A stretch of DNA of 64,000 bases from an uncultured Actinomycetes bacterium (GCA_963835985.1 CAWIHV010000007.1:281975-345974); one strand, 5' to 3'; counted from the stretch's first letter, positions 24,162 to 34,621 are shown. Numbers and translations are program-made. The notes: generated by a model from the letters alone, not told the origin.

Positions 24162-25583
24162 ATGGCCGCCGACGACGGGTACGACCGCCTCACTGCGCTC
24201 GACGAGACGTTCCTGCACCTCGAGCGGTCCGAGACGCCCATGCACGTCGGCGCAGTTGCGATCCTCGAGCGCGCACCCTTCTACGGCGCCGACGGTCGCT
24301 TCCGGCTCGACGAGGTCCGCGAGCTCGTGGCGTCACGCCTGCAGCTGATCCCGCGCTTCCGCAAGCGGGTGATGTCGGTGCCGTTCGGTCGCGGTCGCCC
24401 GGTGTGGGTCGACCACGACGAGTTCGACATCGCCGAGCACGTGCGACTCACCGCGTTGCCGGCACCGGGTACCCGCCGTCAGTTGTTCGAGCTCGCCGAG
24501 CGGCTCATGACGCAGGTGCTCGACCGGGAGCGCCCGCTCTGGGAGCTGTGGTTCGTCGACGGGGTCGACCGTGGCGAGCACGTCGGCCTGATCCACAAGT
24601 CGCATCACACGCTGACCGACGGCATCTCGGGCGTCGACATCGCGACCGTGCTGCTCGACTTCACGCCCGAGCCCACCGTGCTCGAACCCGACGGGTGGAC
24701 GCCGGCACCCGCGCCCGATCCCGCGCGGCTCGTGGTGGACACCGTCCGCGAAACGGTCACGCGCCCGGCCGAGATGGCGAGCGCGGTGCGGCGGACCACC
24801 GACGCACCGCGCGACGCGGTCGATCGCGCCACCGGCCTCGGTCGTTCGATCGGTTCGCTGCTCGAGGGGCAGTTCGTCGCGCCGCGGCTCTCGTTGAACG
24901 GACCGGTGCGGAAGGGCCGTCGCATCGAGACCGTACGCGTGCCGCTCGACACTGTGGCGCGGGTGCGGCAGGCCTTCGGGTGCACCGTGAACGACGTGGT
25001 CCTCGCGGTCGTCGGGAGTGCGGTTGGACGCGTGCTCGATGCGCACGACGAACTGCATCCCGATCTCGTGCTGAAGGTGTTCTGCCCGGTGTCGGTGCGC
25101 GACGACGGCCAGCGCATGCAGCTCGGCAACCGCATCTCCACCATGGTGGTGCCCCTCCCGGTCGGCGAACCCGATGCCCGTGTGCGACTCGACGCCGTCC
25201 GGGCCACCACCGTCGACCTCAAGGAACGACGACAGGCGGTGGGTGCCGCCGCGCTCATCGGTCTCTCCGAGTACGCGGCGCCGACGCTGCTCGGGCTCGC
25301 GGCGCGCGTCGCGCACTCGCAGCGGCTGGCCAACCTCATCGTCACCAACATCCCTGGCCCCCAGGTGCCGCTCTATTGCCTGGGCGCGCTCATGCACGAG
25401 GTGTACCCGGTGGTTCCGTTGTCGCGGAACCTCACACTGAACGTCGCGATCCTCTCGTACTGCGGGCAGTTGCACTTCGGCTTGATCGGCGACGGCCAGT
25501 CGGGACGCGACCTCGAACGGTTGGCCGGCGGCGTCGAGGACGCAGTTGCAGAGCTCGAAGAGCTCGCGGCTCGCGAGGTCTAG
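24162..25583 (+). CDS. wax ester synthase / diacylglycerol O-acyltransferase (WS/DGAT)
   Basis: Intact 473 aa. It carries the HHTLTDG (HHxxxDG) active-site motif. ...PLWELWFVDG...NVPGPQVPLY.... Confidence 0.9.
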   Translation: MAADDGYDRLTALDETFLHLERSETPMHVGAVAILERAPFYGADGRFRLDEVRELVASRLQLIPRFRKRVMSVPFGRGRPVWVDHDEFDIAEHVRLTALPAPGTRRQLFELAERLMTQVLDRERPLWELWFVDGVDRGEHVGLIHKSHHTLTDGISGVDIATVLLDFTPEPTVLEPDGWTPAPAPDPARLVVDTVRETVTRPAEMASAVRRTTDAPRDAVDRATGLGRSIGSLLEGQFVAPRLSLNGPVRKGRRIETVRVPLDTVARVRQAFGCTVNDVVLAVVGSAVGRVLDAHDELHPDLVLKVFCPVSVRDDGQRMQLGNRISTMVVPLPVGEPDARVRLDAVRATTVDLKERRQAVGAAALIGLSEYAAPTLLGLAARVAHSQRLANLIVTNIPGPQVPLYCLGALMHEVYPVVPLSRNLTLNVAILSYCGQLHFGLIGDGQSGRDLERLAGGVEDAVAELEELAAREV

Positions 25584-25592
25584 CCTCGACCC

Positions 25593-26928
25593 GTGAGCCG
25601 ATCCGAGGACCCGACCGCCGAGGTCACCGACATCCTGCAGCTGCTCATCCGCAACCAGTGCGTGAACGACGGCACGATCGCGTCGGGGGCAGAGACCCGC
25701 AGTGTCGACCTGCTGGCCGGCTACCTCGCCGGCGCCGGCGACCACGAGATCTACGAGCCGCAGCCCGGACGCCAGAGCCTGGTGGTCCGCATGGAGGGGA
25801 CCGACCCCGACGCGCCTGCGCTGCTGCTCATGGGCCACACCGACGTCGTGCCGGTGAATCCCGACGGCTGGTCGCGCGATCCGTTCGGGGCCGAAGTGGT
25901 GGACGGCTTCGTGTGGGGCCGGGGTGCGGTCGACATGCTCAACCTCACCGCGTCGCAGGCGGTCGCGTTCCGCCGCCTCGCCGACAGCGGGTTCCGGCCG
26001 CGGGGCACACTGATCTTCCTCGCGGTCGCCGACGAGGAGGCGCTCGGCCGTTGGGGCGCCGACTGGTTGCTGCAGCACGAGCGTGACGCGGTCTACGCCG
26101 ACTACGTGCTCACCGAAGCGGGTGGCTTCCAGATCCCGACGCCCGCGGGTCCGCGCCTGCCGGTCGTCGTGGGGGAGAAGGGCACCTTCTGGACCAAGAT
26201 CCGGGTGAAGGGCACGCCCGGACACGGGTCGCAGCCGTTCCGCACCGACAACGCGCTGGTCACGGCGGCGGAGGTGGTGCGGCGCATCGCCGACTACCGA
26301 CCGCAGACGCAGATCCACGAGTCGTGGCACCAGTTCGTCGAGGGCCTGCACTACGAGGCCGAGCTCACCGAGGCACTGCTCAGTGAGGAGGGGCTCGCCG
26401 ACGCACTCGCCGAGCTGCCGGTCGGGGTCGCGCGCCACTGGCACGCGTGCACGCACACCACGTTCGCGCCGACCGTCGCCCACGGCGGTACCAAGACGAA
26501 CGTGATCCCCGACCTGGTGGAGCTCGAGGTCGACATCCGGACGCTCCCCGGCCAGAGCGGTGCCGACGCGACCGCGCTGCTGCGCGACGCACTCGGCGAC
26601 CTCGCCGATGCGGTCGAGATCGAGTCCAACGACGATCCCGCGACGTCGTCGCCGATCGACACCCCGCTGTGGGACTCGTTGTCGCGGACGAGTGCGGCGC
26701 TGTGCAAGGGCTCCGCGCTCGGTGCCGTCGCTCATGGTCGGCGGCACCGACAACCGCTTCTACCGGCGCGCCGGTGCGGTGGGGTACGGATTCGGCCTGT
26801 TCTCGCAGCGCCTGCCGTACGAGGACTTCGCGGTGATGTTCCACGGCAACGACGAGAAGGTCGACCAGGAATCGCTCGCCCTCTCGACCCAGCTCTGGGA
26901 AGCCGTCGCCCGCGATCTCGTGGGCTAA
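25593..26928 (+). CDS. M20-family metallopeptidase/deacylase; one frame break near 26720
   Basis: ...LLLMGHTDVVPVNPDGWSRDPFGAEVVDGFVWGRGAVDMLN...FLAVADEEALG...; tail from the 26560-26928 ORF ...MVGGTDNRFYRRAGAVGYGF.... Confidence 0.8.
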
Positions 26929-27347
26929 GTCGCGAGTCGGACGCGCAGCGTCCGATCGAACGCGAGGTACCCGCAGCCGGCCCACACGAGGAAGAGCATC
27001 GCGACCAGCATCGTCGGGGCGACCCCGAGGTGGAAGCTCCCACCGTCGACGCGTCCCGCGGTCGCGATCGCCCCGATCATGTCACCGGCGAGGAGCAACG
27101 CTGCAGGGCGGGTCAGGAATCCGACGACGAGGAGCACGCCACACACCAGCTCGAGCGTGCCGACCAGGTAGGTCGCGACGTCCGGCACCGGGATGCCGTA
27201 GCGATCGAAGTCGGACGACTCCTGGGCGTGGTCGACGAACTTGCCCACCGAGAACATCATGAACAGCCCGCCGGTCACGACGCGCACCGCTGTCGTGATC
27301 CACCCGGCGGCGCCGCTGGTCCTCGGTCGCAGGACCTTGTCCATCAT
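26925..27347 (-). CDS. DoxX-family membrane protein
   Basis: MMDKVLRPRTSGAAGWITTAVRVVTGGLFMMFSVGKFVDH...LVGTLELVCGVLLVVGFLTRPAALLLAGDMIGAI.... Confidence 0.75.
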   Translation of the reverse strand: MMDKVLRPRTSGAAGWITTAVRVVTGGLFMMFSVGKFVDHAQESSDFDRYGIPVPDVATYLVGTLELVCGVLLVVGFLTRPAALLLAGDMIGAIATAGRVDGGSFHLGVAPTMLVAMLFLVWAGCGYLAFDRTLRVRLAT

Positions 27348-27352
27348 TTCGT

Positions 27353-28249
27353 TCACGTCCCGCCGTCCTGCTCTCGCAGGAAGCGCTCCACCTCGGCCGC
27401 GAGCTCTTCGGCATCGGGTACCGAGCCGCCACCGGCGGGATGCCCACCGAGGACGATGCCGCGATCTTCGGCGTCTTCGGCGTCGACGCGGCCTTCGAGC
27501 TCGCGCACGTAGCTGCTCACCTCGTCGTTGTCGCGGATCGCGTGGTCGACCTGCACGCGCCAGAGGTCGACGAGCTGGTCGAGGCCGTGCAGATCGAGGT
27601 CGAGGTCGGCGAGCTGCGCGAACCGTTCGAGCAGCGCACGCGTCGCGGGCGGATTGGGCGGCGACGACACGTAGTGCGGCACCGGCGCCCACAGCGACGC
27701 CGAGCGAAGACCGCTGGCGCGGCACGCGTCGTGGAGCACCCCGACGATCCCGGTGGGTCCTTCGTACTGCGATCGCTGGAGCTCGAGCCCGTTGACGAGC
27801 TCGGGATCGGACGCGGTGCCGGTGACGCGCACCGCCCGCGTGTGCGGCACGTCGCCGAGCAGCGCACCGAGGGTCACGACCATCTCGCACCCCACCTCTT
27901 CGGCGACCGAGACGACGGCGCGGCAGAAGGACTTCCATCGCAGGTTCGGCTCGACGCCGCGCAGCACCACGAGATCGCGCTCGTCGAAGGTCACCGCGAA
28001 GCAGTCGTTCGCCGGCCAGGTGATGGAGCGCGCCACCCCGTCGACGAGGTCGATCTGGGGACGGTGCGACTGGTAGTCGAGGTGCTCGTCGGGTTCGATG
28101 CCCGCGATCCGGAGCGGATCGCGCTGGCGGATGAGCCAGTCGGCGGCTCCGGTGGCGGCATCGCCGGCGTCGTTCCAGCCCGAGAACGCGGCGACGAGCA
28201 GGGGCCGGCGGAGGTTCGGATGCCGTTCCCAAACCAGGCCGTCAGTCAT
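27353..28249 (-). CDS. PAC2-family protein (proteasome-assembly-chaperone-like)
   Basis: Intact 298 aa. MTDGLVWERHPNLRRPLLVAAFSGWNDAGDAATGA...YEGPTGIVGVL...LWAPVPHYVS. Confidence 0.8.
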   Translation of the reverse strand: MTDGLVWERHPNLRRPLLVAAFSGWNDAGDAATGAADWLIRQRDPLRIAGIEPDEHLDYQSHRPQIDLVDGVARSITWPANDCFAVTFDERDLVVLRGVEPNLRWKSFCRAVVSVAEEVGCEMVVTLGALLGDVPHTRAVRVTGTASDPELVNGLELQRSQYEGPTGIVGVLHDACRASGLRSASLWAPVPHYVSSPPNPPATRALLERFAQLADLDLDLHGLDQLVDLWRVQVDHAIRDNDEVSSYVRELEGRVDAEDAEDRGIVLGGHPAGGGSVPDAEELAAEVERFLREQDGGT

Positions 28250-28297
28250 CGAGCCAGCTTACGGCCAGCGTTGATCGGGCCCGTCTACAGTGCCGCG

Positions 28298-29715
28298 ATG
28301 GGCTTGGCGACCGCTGACGAGTACCGCGCATCGCTCGGCGACGGCCGTGTGCTCTGGTACCGCGGGCGGCGCGTACCCGACATCCTGGCCGAACCCGACC
28401 TGCGGGTCGCGGTCGACCACGCCGCGCTCGACTACGAGGTGGGGCACGATCCGCTGTACCGCGACCTTCGCGGTGGCGAAGGATCCCGACACCGGCGAGG
28501 AGTACAGCGCGTACTATGCGCTTCCTCGCTCGAGCGACGACCTGTTGGCGCGCTCGCGCCTGATCGAGACCGTCACGGGACTCGGCGGCACGATGGTCAC
28601 GCTGGTCAAGGAGATCGGGTCCGACGCGCTGTTCGGGCTCCTCCGCGTCCTCGAAGGTGAGCCGCTCGAGCGCGCGCAGGCGTTCTACGAGCACTGCCGC
28701 GACGGCGATCTCGCGGTCGCCGTGGCCCAGACCGACGTGAAGGGCGATCGCTCTCTCCCGCCGCACGCCCAGCCCGATCCCGACCACTACGTGCACGTGG
28801 TGGAGGAGCGCGCCGACGGCATCGTCGTGCGGGGTGCGAAGTGCCACACGAGCATCAGCGCCAACGCCCACGAGATCATCGTGCTGCCGACGCGGGCGAT
28901 GGGCCCCGACGACGCCGATTACGCGGTGTCGTTCGCGGTGCCGGTGAACGCGCCCGGACTGTCGCTGTTCGTCTCCGCCTACGGCGCGCGCGGACCACGA
29001 CGCGTTCGAGTTCCCGGTGTCGTCGAAGCACAAGATGCTCGAGACCCTCACCGTGTTCGACGACGTGTTCGTGCCGTGGGAGCGCGTGTTCCTCTGCCGC
29101 GAACCCGAGCGGGCGGGCACGGTGTCCAACGCCTTCGTGGAGTACCACCGCTTCACCGCGGTGTCGTACAAGCTGCCGCTGCTCGACGCGCTGATCGGCA
29201 CCGCTGCCCTCGTCGCCGAGATGAACGGCGTCGGAAAGGCCGGTCACATCCGCGACAAGCTCACGCGGCTCATCACCTACGCGGAGACGGTGCGCGCGCT
29301 CACCGACATGGCTGCGCTCCGCGCACCGATCGACGAGCGGGGCCTCGCCTATCCCGACCCGCTCACCACCAACCTGGCCAAGTACACCTTCGCCACGCAG
29401 TACCACGCGGCCTTGGAGCTGGTGCAGGACTGCGCCGGCGGGCTGCTGGTCACGGGTCCCGGTGGCGCCGACTGGGCCAACCCCGAGGTGCGAGCGGTGT
29501 TGGAGAAGTTCTACGCGGCCAAGGCGCCGGCCGAGGAGCGGCTCCGCCTGCTCAACACGATCAGCGACCTCACCGCTCGCGACTTCGGCGGCTACCACGC
29601 GGTGCTCGCGGTGCACGCCGAGGGCTCGATCGAGGCCGAGAAGATGCAGATCTACCGGGCCTACGAACCAGGACGAGCCGTCGCATACGCACGACGGCTC
29701 GCTGGACTGGACTGA
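28298..29715 (+). CDS. HpaB / 4-hydroxybutyryl-CoA dehydratase-family flavoenzyme; two frame breaks (about 28460 and about 28990)
   Basis: MGLATADEYRASLGDGRVLWYRGRRVPDI..., ...DLAVAVAQTDVKGDRSLPPHAQPDPDHYVHVVEERADGIVVRGAKCHTS..., ...SSKHKMLETLTVFDDVFVPWERVFL... Confidence 0.7.
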
Positions 29716-29743
29716 GGAGCGGCTTCGCCGCGGCGTTGCTGGC

Positions 29744-30100
29744 TCAGGCGACGCGGGGCGTGCGGGGCTGGACGGGAGTGCCGTTGCCCTTGGGGTAGCG
29801 GGCGACCCGGCCGACGGGCATGTCGACGCGGTACCCGGCAGCGGCGCGCTCCTCTTCGGATTCGCCACCCCAGAAGCCGTACTCGCGGTGCTCGCGTGCC
29901 CACTGGCGGCACGGCGTGAGCACTTCGCAGTTGTTGCAGACGGCACGGGCCTTGGCCTCGCGCACGTTGCGGGTCTCGGGACGCTCGCCGGCGGGGGCGA
30001 AGAACAGATCGTTCTGGCCTTGGCAGGCCGCCGTCCCGGTCCAGGTGAGCGGACCGGTGAAGATCAGGCTCGAGACGCTTGCAGATTCGGTTACGGACAC
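29744..30100 (-). CDS. WhiB-family transcriptional regulator with a C-terminal extension
   Basis: GTG 30100. ...TGTAACQGQNDLFFAPAGE...AKARAVCNNCEVLTPCRQWAREHREYGFWGGESEEER has the Cx(n)CxxCx5C cluster and the GxWGG turn. Confidence 0.8.
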   Translation of the reverse strand: MSVTESASVSSLIFTGPLTWTGTAACQGQNDLFFAPAGERPETRNVREAKARAVCNNCEVLTPCRQWAREHREYGFWGGESEEERAAAGYRVDMPVGRVARYPKGNGTPVQPRTPRVA

Positions 30101-30270
30101 CAGGAAACCCCCGTGAGTGCGCGGATGCGGGAGATTCGGGGAGCCGGTGGGGGGAACCGGCTCCCCGAGTCGTCCTGCGTGACCCATGTTGCCCGTTCCA
30201 CGAGAATCTGTCCAACAGTTAGACTCGATGGTATCCATCGGCATCAACGATGTTCACGAGAGGGCACGTG

Positions 30271-31203
30271 ATGGAGCTCCGACACCTCGAGACCCTGCTC
30301 GCCATCGCCGAAGAGGGCTCGTTCACCGCCGCGGCCGACGCCCTCGCCACGGTGCAGTCGAACGTGTCCGACCAGGTGCGTCAGCTGGAAGGGGAGCTCG
30401 GCGTGCCGCTGCTCGTGCGCAGTCGGCGCGGGGCCGAGCCCACCGAGTTCGGCCTCGTGGTCCTGGAGCGGGCACGCCGCGTGCAACGTGAGCTCGAGGC
30501 GATGCGCGTCGACCTCGCGCTCCTCCAAGGACTCGAGGCCGGGTACGCGCGCCTCGGCGTCGTCGGCACCGCGAGCCGCTGGCTGGTGCCCGCGCTCGTC
30601 GCCGACCTGCGCGAGCGCGCGCCCGGAGTGCGCCTGCGCGTGAACGAGGGTGCATCGGAACGCCTCTTCGCGGAGCTGGTCGACGGGGAGCTCGCGCAGG
30701 CCATCGTCACCGAGCCGGTCAACGACCGCCGGCTCCTGGTCGAGTCGTTGCTCGAGGAGGACCTCATCGGTCTGGTCGGGCACGACGTCGACCTGCCGCG
30801 CGAGCCGGTGTCGCTCGCCGCGTTCGCGAAGCTCCCGCTGGTGTTGCCGCCCGATCCGAATCCGCTGCGCATCGAGGTCGACCGCGCCGCCGAGGAAGCC
30901 GGGCTCTCGCTCACGGTGCCGCTCGAGGTGGAGGGCATCCGCCTGATCGCCGACCTCGTGGTGGCCGGTGACTACGCGTCGATCCTGCCCGAGACCGCGA
31001 TCCCGCCCGAGATCACCAACGTACGCACGGTGCGGATCGCCGGGCTGCCACCACGCCGGCTCGCGATGGTGTCGGCGCGCGACGTGCAGATGTCGCTCGC
31101 CGATCTGGCCGTCCGCGACAGCGTGCGTAGCCTGGTCGCCAAGCACATGCAGACGCGGGCGCGTCCCAAGAAGCAGGTACGGTCGCGGGCCAAGCGGGGC
31201 TGA
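30271..31203 (+). CDS. LysR-family transcriptional regulator
   Basis: Intact. MELRHLETLLAIAEEGSFTAAADALATVQSNVSDQVRQLEGELGVPLLVRSRRG. Confidence 0.9.
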   Translation: MELRHLETLLAIAEEGSFTAAADALATVQSNVSDQVRQLEGELGVPLLVRSRRGAEPTEFGLVVLERARRVQRELEAMRVDLALLQGLEAGYARLGVVGTASRWLVPALVADLRERAPGVRLRVNEGASERLFAELVDGELAQAIVTEPVNDRRLLVESLLEEDLIGLVGHDVDLPREPVSLAAFAKLPLVLPPDPNPLRIEVDRAAEEAGLSLTVPLEVEGIRLIADLVVAGDYASILPETAIPPEITNVRTVRIAGLPPRRLAMVSARDVQMSLADLAVRDSVRSLVAKHMQTRARPKKQVRSRAKRG

Positions 31204-31217
31204 CGAGGGGGAACAGC

Positions 31218-31460
31218 ATGGCTGCACAGCCCGTGCACGATGATGGACGCAAGGTCAACGTCAAGCTGATCGTGCTCGGACTGCTCGCTGCGATCCTCGT
31301 GTTGTTCGCGCTGCTCAACACCCACGAGGTGGGTGTCGACTTCCTCCTCAACACCTGGAGCACGTCGTTGATCCTCGTGATCGCGATCTCGGCGTTGATC
31401 GGGTTCGCGCTCGGCTTCCTCACACGGGGGCACTTGGCCGGTCGTCGCTCGGACGACTGA
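31218..31460 (+). CDS. LapA/DUF1049-like small membrane protein
   Basis: Intact 80 aa with two TM helices: ...VKLIVLGLLAAILVLFALLNTHEVGVDFLLNTWSTSLILVIAISALIGFALGFL. Confidence 0.6.
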   Translation: MAAQPVHDDGRKVNVKLIVLGLLAAILVLFALLNTHEVGVDFLLNTWSTSLILVIAISALIGFALGFLTRGHLAGRRSDD

Positions 31461-32280
31461 CCGCAGGGCCCCGACCGGCACGGGTGAAGATGCGTGCGGC
31501 CACGTAGCCGACGCCGAAGACGAAGAAGCCAGCGACGGCGTCGAGGAGGTAGTGGTTGGCGGTCACGACGATCACGGTCACGGTGGTGATCGGGTAGATG
31601 ACCGCGAGCGCCTTCGCCCACACGTGCTTGACGCGCGGCACGAGCGCGCACGCGCACCAGAGCGCCCACGCGCAGTGGACGCTGGGCATGGCCGCGAACT
31701 GGTTGGAGATCTTGCTCACCGCGCCGGAGTTGAACGACCAGAACGCCGGGTCCTTCGCCAGCGTGTCGACGAAGCCGAAGTCGTGGTGGATGAACGGGTA
31801 CAGCGTCGACGGTTCGAGCAGGCGGGGCGGCATCAATGGAAAGAACGCGAAGCCGATGAGGGCGAGGCCGGTGGCGATGCCGAGCGTGTTGCGCCAGCGC
31901 GGGTAGTCGTTCGTCCACTTCCGGTACAGGTAGATCATCACGCCACCGGTGACGATGAAGTGCAGCGATCCGTAGAAGTAGTTGGCAGCGATGATGAATG
32001 TGCGCGATCCGAGCGCCCACGCCTGGATCGCCTGCTCGTGGTTGATGCCGAGCGACTTCTGCCAGCGGATGATGTCGAGCGCGTGGTCGTACGCCTCCTG
32101 CGGGTTCCCGTGGTGCAGGTTCCGGATGAATGAGTAGACGCCGTAGAAGGCCAGCACCGCGATGATCTCGCCCCACCAGTAGAGGCGCCGACCGTCCTGG
32201 AGGGTCCGCCCACCCGGCAGCCTCCGGTGGAGCGGGACGCTGGATGGCGGAGTGGGCTCGTCCTGTTCGACGACGCTCAT
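31420..32280 (-). CDS. PAP2-superfamily membrane phosphatase/phosphotransferase
   Basis: Intact 286 aa, polytopic. ...AAMPSVHCAWALW...ANHYLLDAVAG is the PAP2 C-terminal motif context. The ATG at 32280 overlaps the upstream stop (ATGA). Confidence 0.7.
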   Translation of the reverse strand: MSVVEQDEPTPPSSVPLHRRLPGGRTLQDGRRLYWWGEIIAVLAFYGVYSFIRNLHHGNPQEAYDHALDIIRWQKSLGINHEQAIQAWALGSRTFIIAANYFYGSLHFIVTGGVMIYLYRKWTNDYPRWRNTLGIATGLALIGFAFFPLMPPRLLEPSTLYPFIHHDFGFVDTLAKDPAFWSFNSGAVSKISNQFAAMPSVHCAWALWCACALVPRVKHVWAKALAVIYPITTVTVIVVTANHYLLDAVAGFFVFGVGYVAARIFTRAGRGPAVSRPSDDRPSAPV

Positions 32281-33335
32281 GAGGTCGGCGACGACGTCGG
32301 CGTGCCGGCGCCGGTCGGGGTCAGGTGGTCGACCTCGTCGCGGTCGCGGCGATGCCCGACCGCGAACGCCGGCGCACCGAGGAGGCTGACGACGAGCGTC
32401 ATCCCGTACCAGAGCAACCCGATGCCGATGGCCTTTCCGGTCGGGACCCCGAGCGGGTGGAGGAGGATCACGAGGAGACCTTCGCGGACGCCGAGGCCCG
32501 AGAGCGAGATGGGCAGTGCCTGGGCCGCGGCGACCGCAGGGAGGAAGGCCAGGACTGCGCCGTTGGGCATCGACACCCCGAGGGCGTGGATGGCGCAGTA
32601 CACGGAGATCAGGACCGCGGCCTGGTACGTGATGGCCGCGACCAACACCCCCAGGGCGCGGCGGGGCTCGCGATGGATCCGGTCGATCCCCACGTGGACC
32701 GCGCCGATGAACCGCATCCAGTTCTGGTGGTCAGCAAAGCGTCCGGCGAGGCGCGGGCTGCCGGCAAGGAGCACGATCACCACGAGCGCGGTGATCGTCG
32801 CCGCCGCGATCATCACCGCGATCCACGAGCGGTCGAGCTCGAGCAACGACGGTTCGAGCGCGAACCCCAGGAGCGAGAGGAGTGGGAGCGCGACGAAGCC
32901 GCTCAGCCGCTCGATCACCACCGACGCGAACGCCACATCGCTCGTACCCGTGGTCTTGGCCGCTCTGCTGACGCGCAGGACGTCGCCGCCGATGGTCGAC
33001 GGCAGCACGTTGCCGACGAACTGGCCCGCGAGGTAGTGGTTCAGCAGCGTGCGTAGCGACACGTGCCGGTCGAAGACCGCGAACACGCGCTGCCAGCGCC
33101 ACGCCGAGAGCACGAATCCGGCCAGAGTGAAGAGCAGACCAAAGGCGAGGAACAACAGGGTTCCCGTGTGCGTGTCCTTCGGCTGGACCTCGTCGGCGGG
33201 GATCTTGGTGATCAGCAGCACGAGGAGCGCCACGCTCACGACGATTCGCAGTGTGAGCTTGGCCGCACCGGACAGTCGGAAGTGGCGGCGGGCGCTGCGC
33301 GCGCCAGCAGTCTCGGAAGCCGCCATGCGGCTCAT
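32277..33335 (-). CDS. flippase-like / lysylphosphatidylglycerol-synthase TM-region family (UPF0104) membrane protein
   Basis: ATG 33335 MSRMAASE.... ...LSAWRWQRVF...LLNHYLAGQFVGNVLPSTIGGDVLRV...PISLSGLGVREG... is the typical motif set. Confidence 0.7.
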   Translation of the reverse strand: MSRMAASETAGARSARRHFRLSGAAKLTLRIVVSVALLVLLITKIPADEVQPKDTHTGTLLFLAFGLLFTLAGFVLSAWRWQRVFAVFDRHVSLRTLLNHYLAGQFVGNVLPSTIGGDVLRVSRAAKTTGTSDVAFASVVIERLSGFVALPLLSLLGFALEPSLLELDRSWIAVMIAAATITALVVIVLLAGSPRLAGRFADHQNWMRFIGAVHVGIDRIHREPRRALGVLVAAITYQAAVLISVYCAIHALGVSMPNGAVLAFLPAVAAAQALPISLSGLGVREGLLVILLHPLGVPTGKAIGIGLLWYGMTLVVSLLGAPAFAVGHRRDRDEVDHLTPTGAGTPTSSPTS

Positions 33336-33383
33336 GTTACGGGTTTGTCCACCGGCTGTTCCGGGCGGTCGTAGATTGACGCG

Positions 33384-34200
33384 ATGCGGGTGACGACCGA
33401 CGACGGCGTGAGCCTGGCGACGGTCGCGGAGGGGGATCCGGCGGCGCCCGGGCTGCTGCTCCTCCACGGCATCGGCGGCGCGAAGGAGGACTTCGCGCAC
33501 CATCTCGCTGCGCTCTCGACGCGGCACCGGGTCGTCATCTTCGACCATCGTGGGCACGGCGAGAGCGACAAGCCCGACGACCCACGCGCGTACTCACTCG
33601 ACCGCATGGCCGTCGACACCTCGTGCGTGGCCGCGGCGCACGGAGCTGCGCGACCTGCGCATCCTCGGTCATTCGATGGGGGGCATGGTGATGCGACGGT
33701 TCCTGCTCGCGGAGCCGAACCGGGCGCACGCGGTCGTGTTCATGGACACGTCGGCGGCGGCGCCGCCCGGGTCCGACACCGAGCTCGTCGTCGCCGCGAG
33801 CGAGGTCGTGCGCACGGGTGGGTTCGCCGCGCTCAAGCAGCTCTCCGACGAGCTCGACCTGTTGGGGTCGGAGTCGTACCAGCGGGTGCTGGCCGAACGG
33901 CCCGGCTTCGCCGAGTACGCCGACTACAAGTGGCACGCGCAATCGCCGGTGATGTGGACCACGCTGATGCACGAGATCGTCACCCAGCCCGACCAGCTCG
34001 CCGAGCTGGCGGCACTGACGGTGCCCACGCTGGGAATCGTGGGCGACCAGGACACGATGTTCCTCAAGCCGATGGACGAGATCGTCGCGACGGTGCCCGG
34101 TGCCCGGCTGGTCGTCGTGCCCGACGCCGGTCACTCACCCCAATTCGAGAACTCCGACGCCTGGATCGCGGCCGTCATGGAGTTCCTCGAGTCGCTCTGA
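33384..34200 (+). CDS. alpha/beta hydrolase; one frame break near 33620
   Basis: ...LLLLHGIGGAKEDF...FDHRGHGESD... then the 33550-34200 ORF ...ILGHSMGGMV (GxSxG)...VPDAGHSPQFEN. Confidence 0.8.
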
Positions 34201-34202
34201 GG

Positions 34203-34587
34203 TCAGTCTCCCGCGGCCTTCTCCATGAAGCGGGTGCGCTCCACGATCACCCGGGTGATGCGGCCGGCGGCGACCAGACCGTGGCCGTCGCTCACCGACA
34301 CCCGGAAGTTGAGCCGGCGTCCCTCGATGGCCTCGAGCGTCGCTTCCGCGCGCACGTGGCCACCCACCGCGGTCGGGGCGAGATGATCGAGCTGCACGCG
34401 GTACCCGACGCTGGTGGTGCCTTCCGCGAGCTCACCTTCGACCGCGTTCACCGTCGCTTCTTCGGCGAGGGTGACGACGCGTCGGCGTCGCGAGCACGGG
34501 CACGTCGCCGGTCCTGAGCGCGAGCGCGGTGTCGTCGTCGGTGACGACCAACTCGACTGCAGCGGACAGACCGGGGCGCAACGGCAT
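34203..34587 (-). CDS. hotdog-fold thioesterase (FlK-like family); one frame break near 34490
   Basis: MPLRPGLSAAVELVVTDDDTALALRTGDVPVLATP... joins ...VVTLAEEATVNAVEGELAEGTTSVGYRVQLDHLAPTAVGGHVRAEATLEAIEGRRLNFRVSV. Confidence 0.65.
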
Positions 34588-34621
34588 CGGCCTACGATAG
34601 ACAACCCCCGCAGGAGGCGAC

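Noticed and set aside
24333-26753. An 806-aa minus-strand ORF. Similar long ORFs occur at 19091-20824 (-), 60953-62839 (-), 4939-6144 (-), 2825-4807 (+), 23564-26086 (+), 17596-19197 (+) and 8868-10226 (-).
   Set aside because: All lie antisense or out of frame relative to genes with clear family motifs (WS/DGAT, the M20 peptidase, glnD, the uvrA-like gene, the thrC-like gene, amtB, E1beta). They have Arg/Pro-rich nonsense-like composition, and stop codons are simply rare at this GC content.
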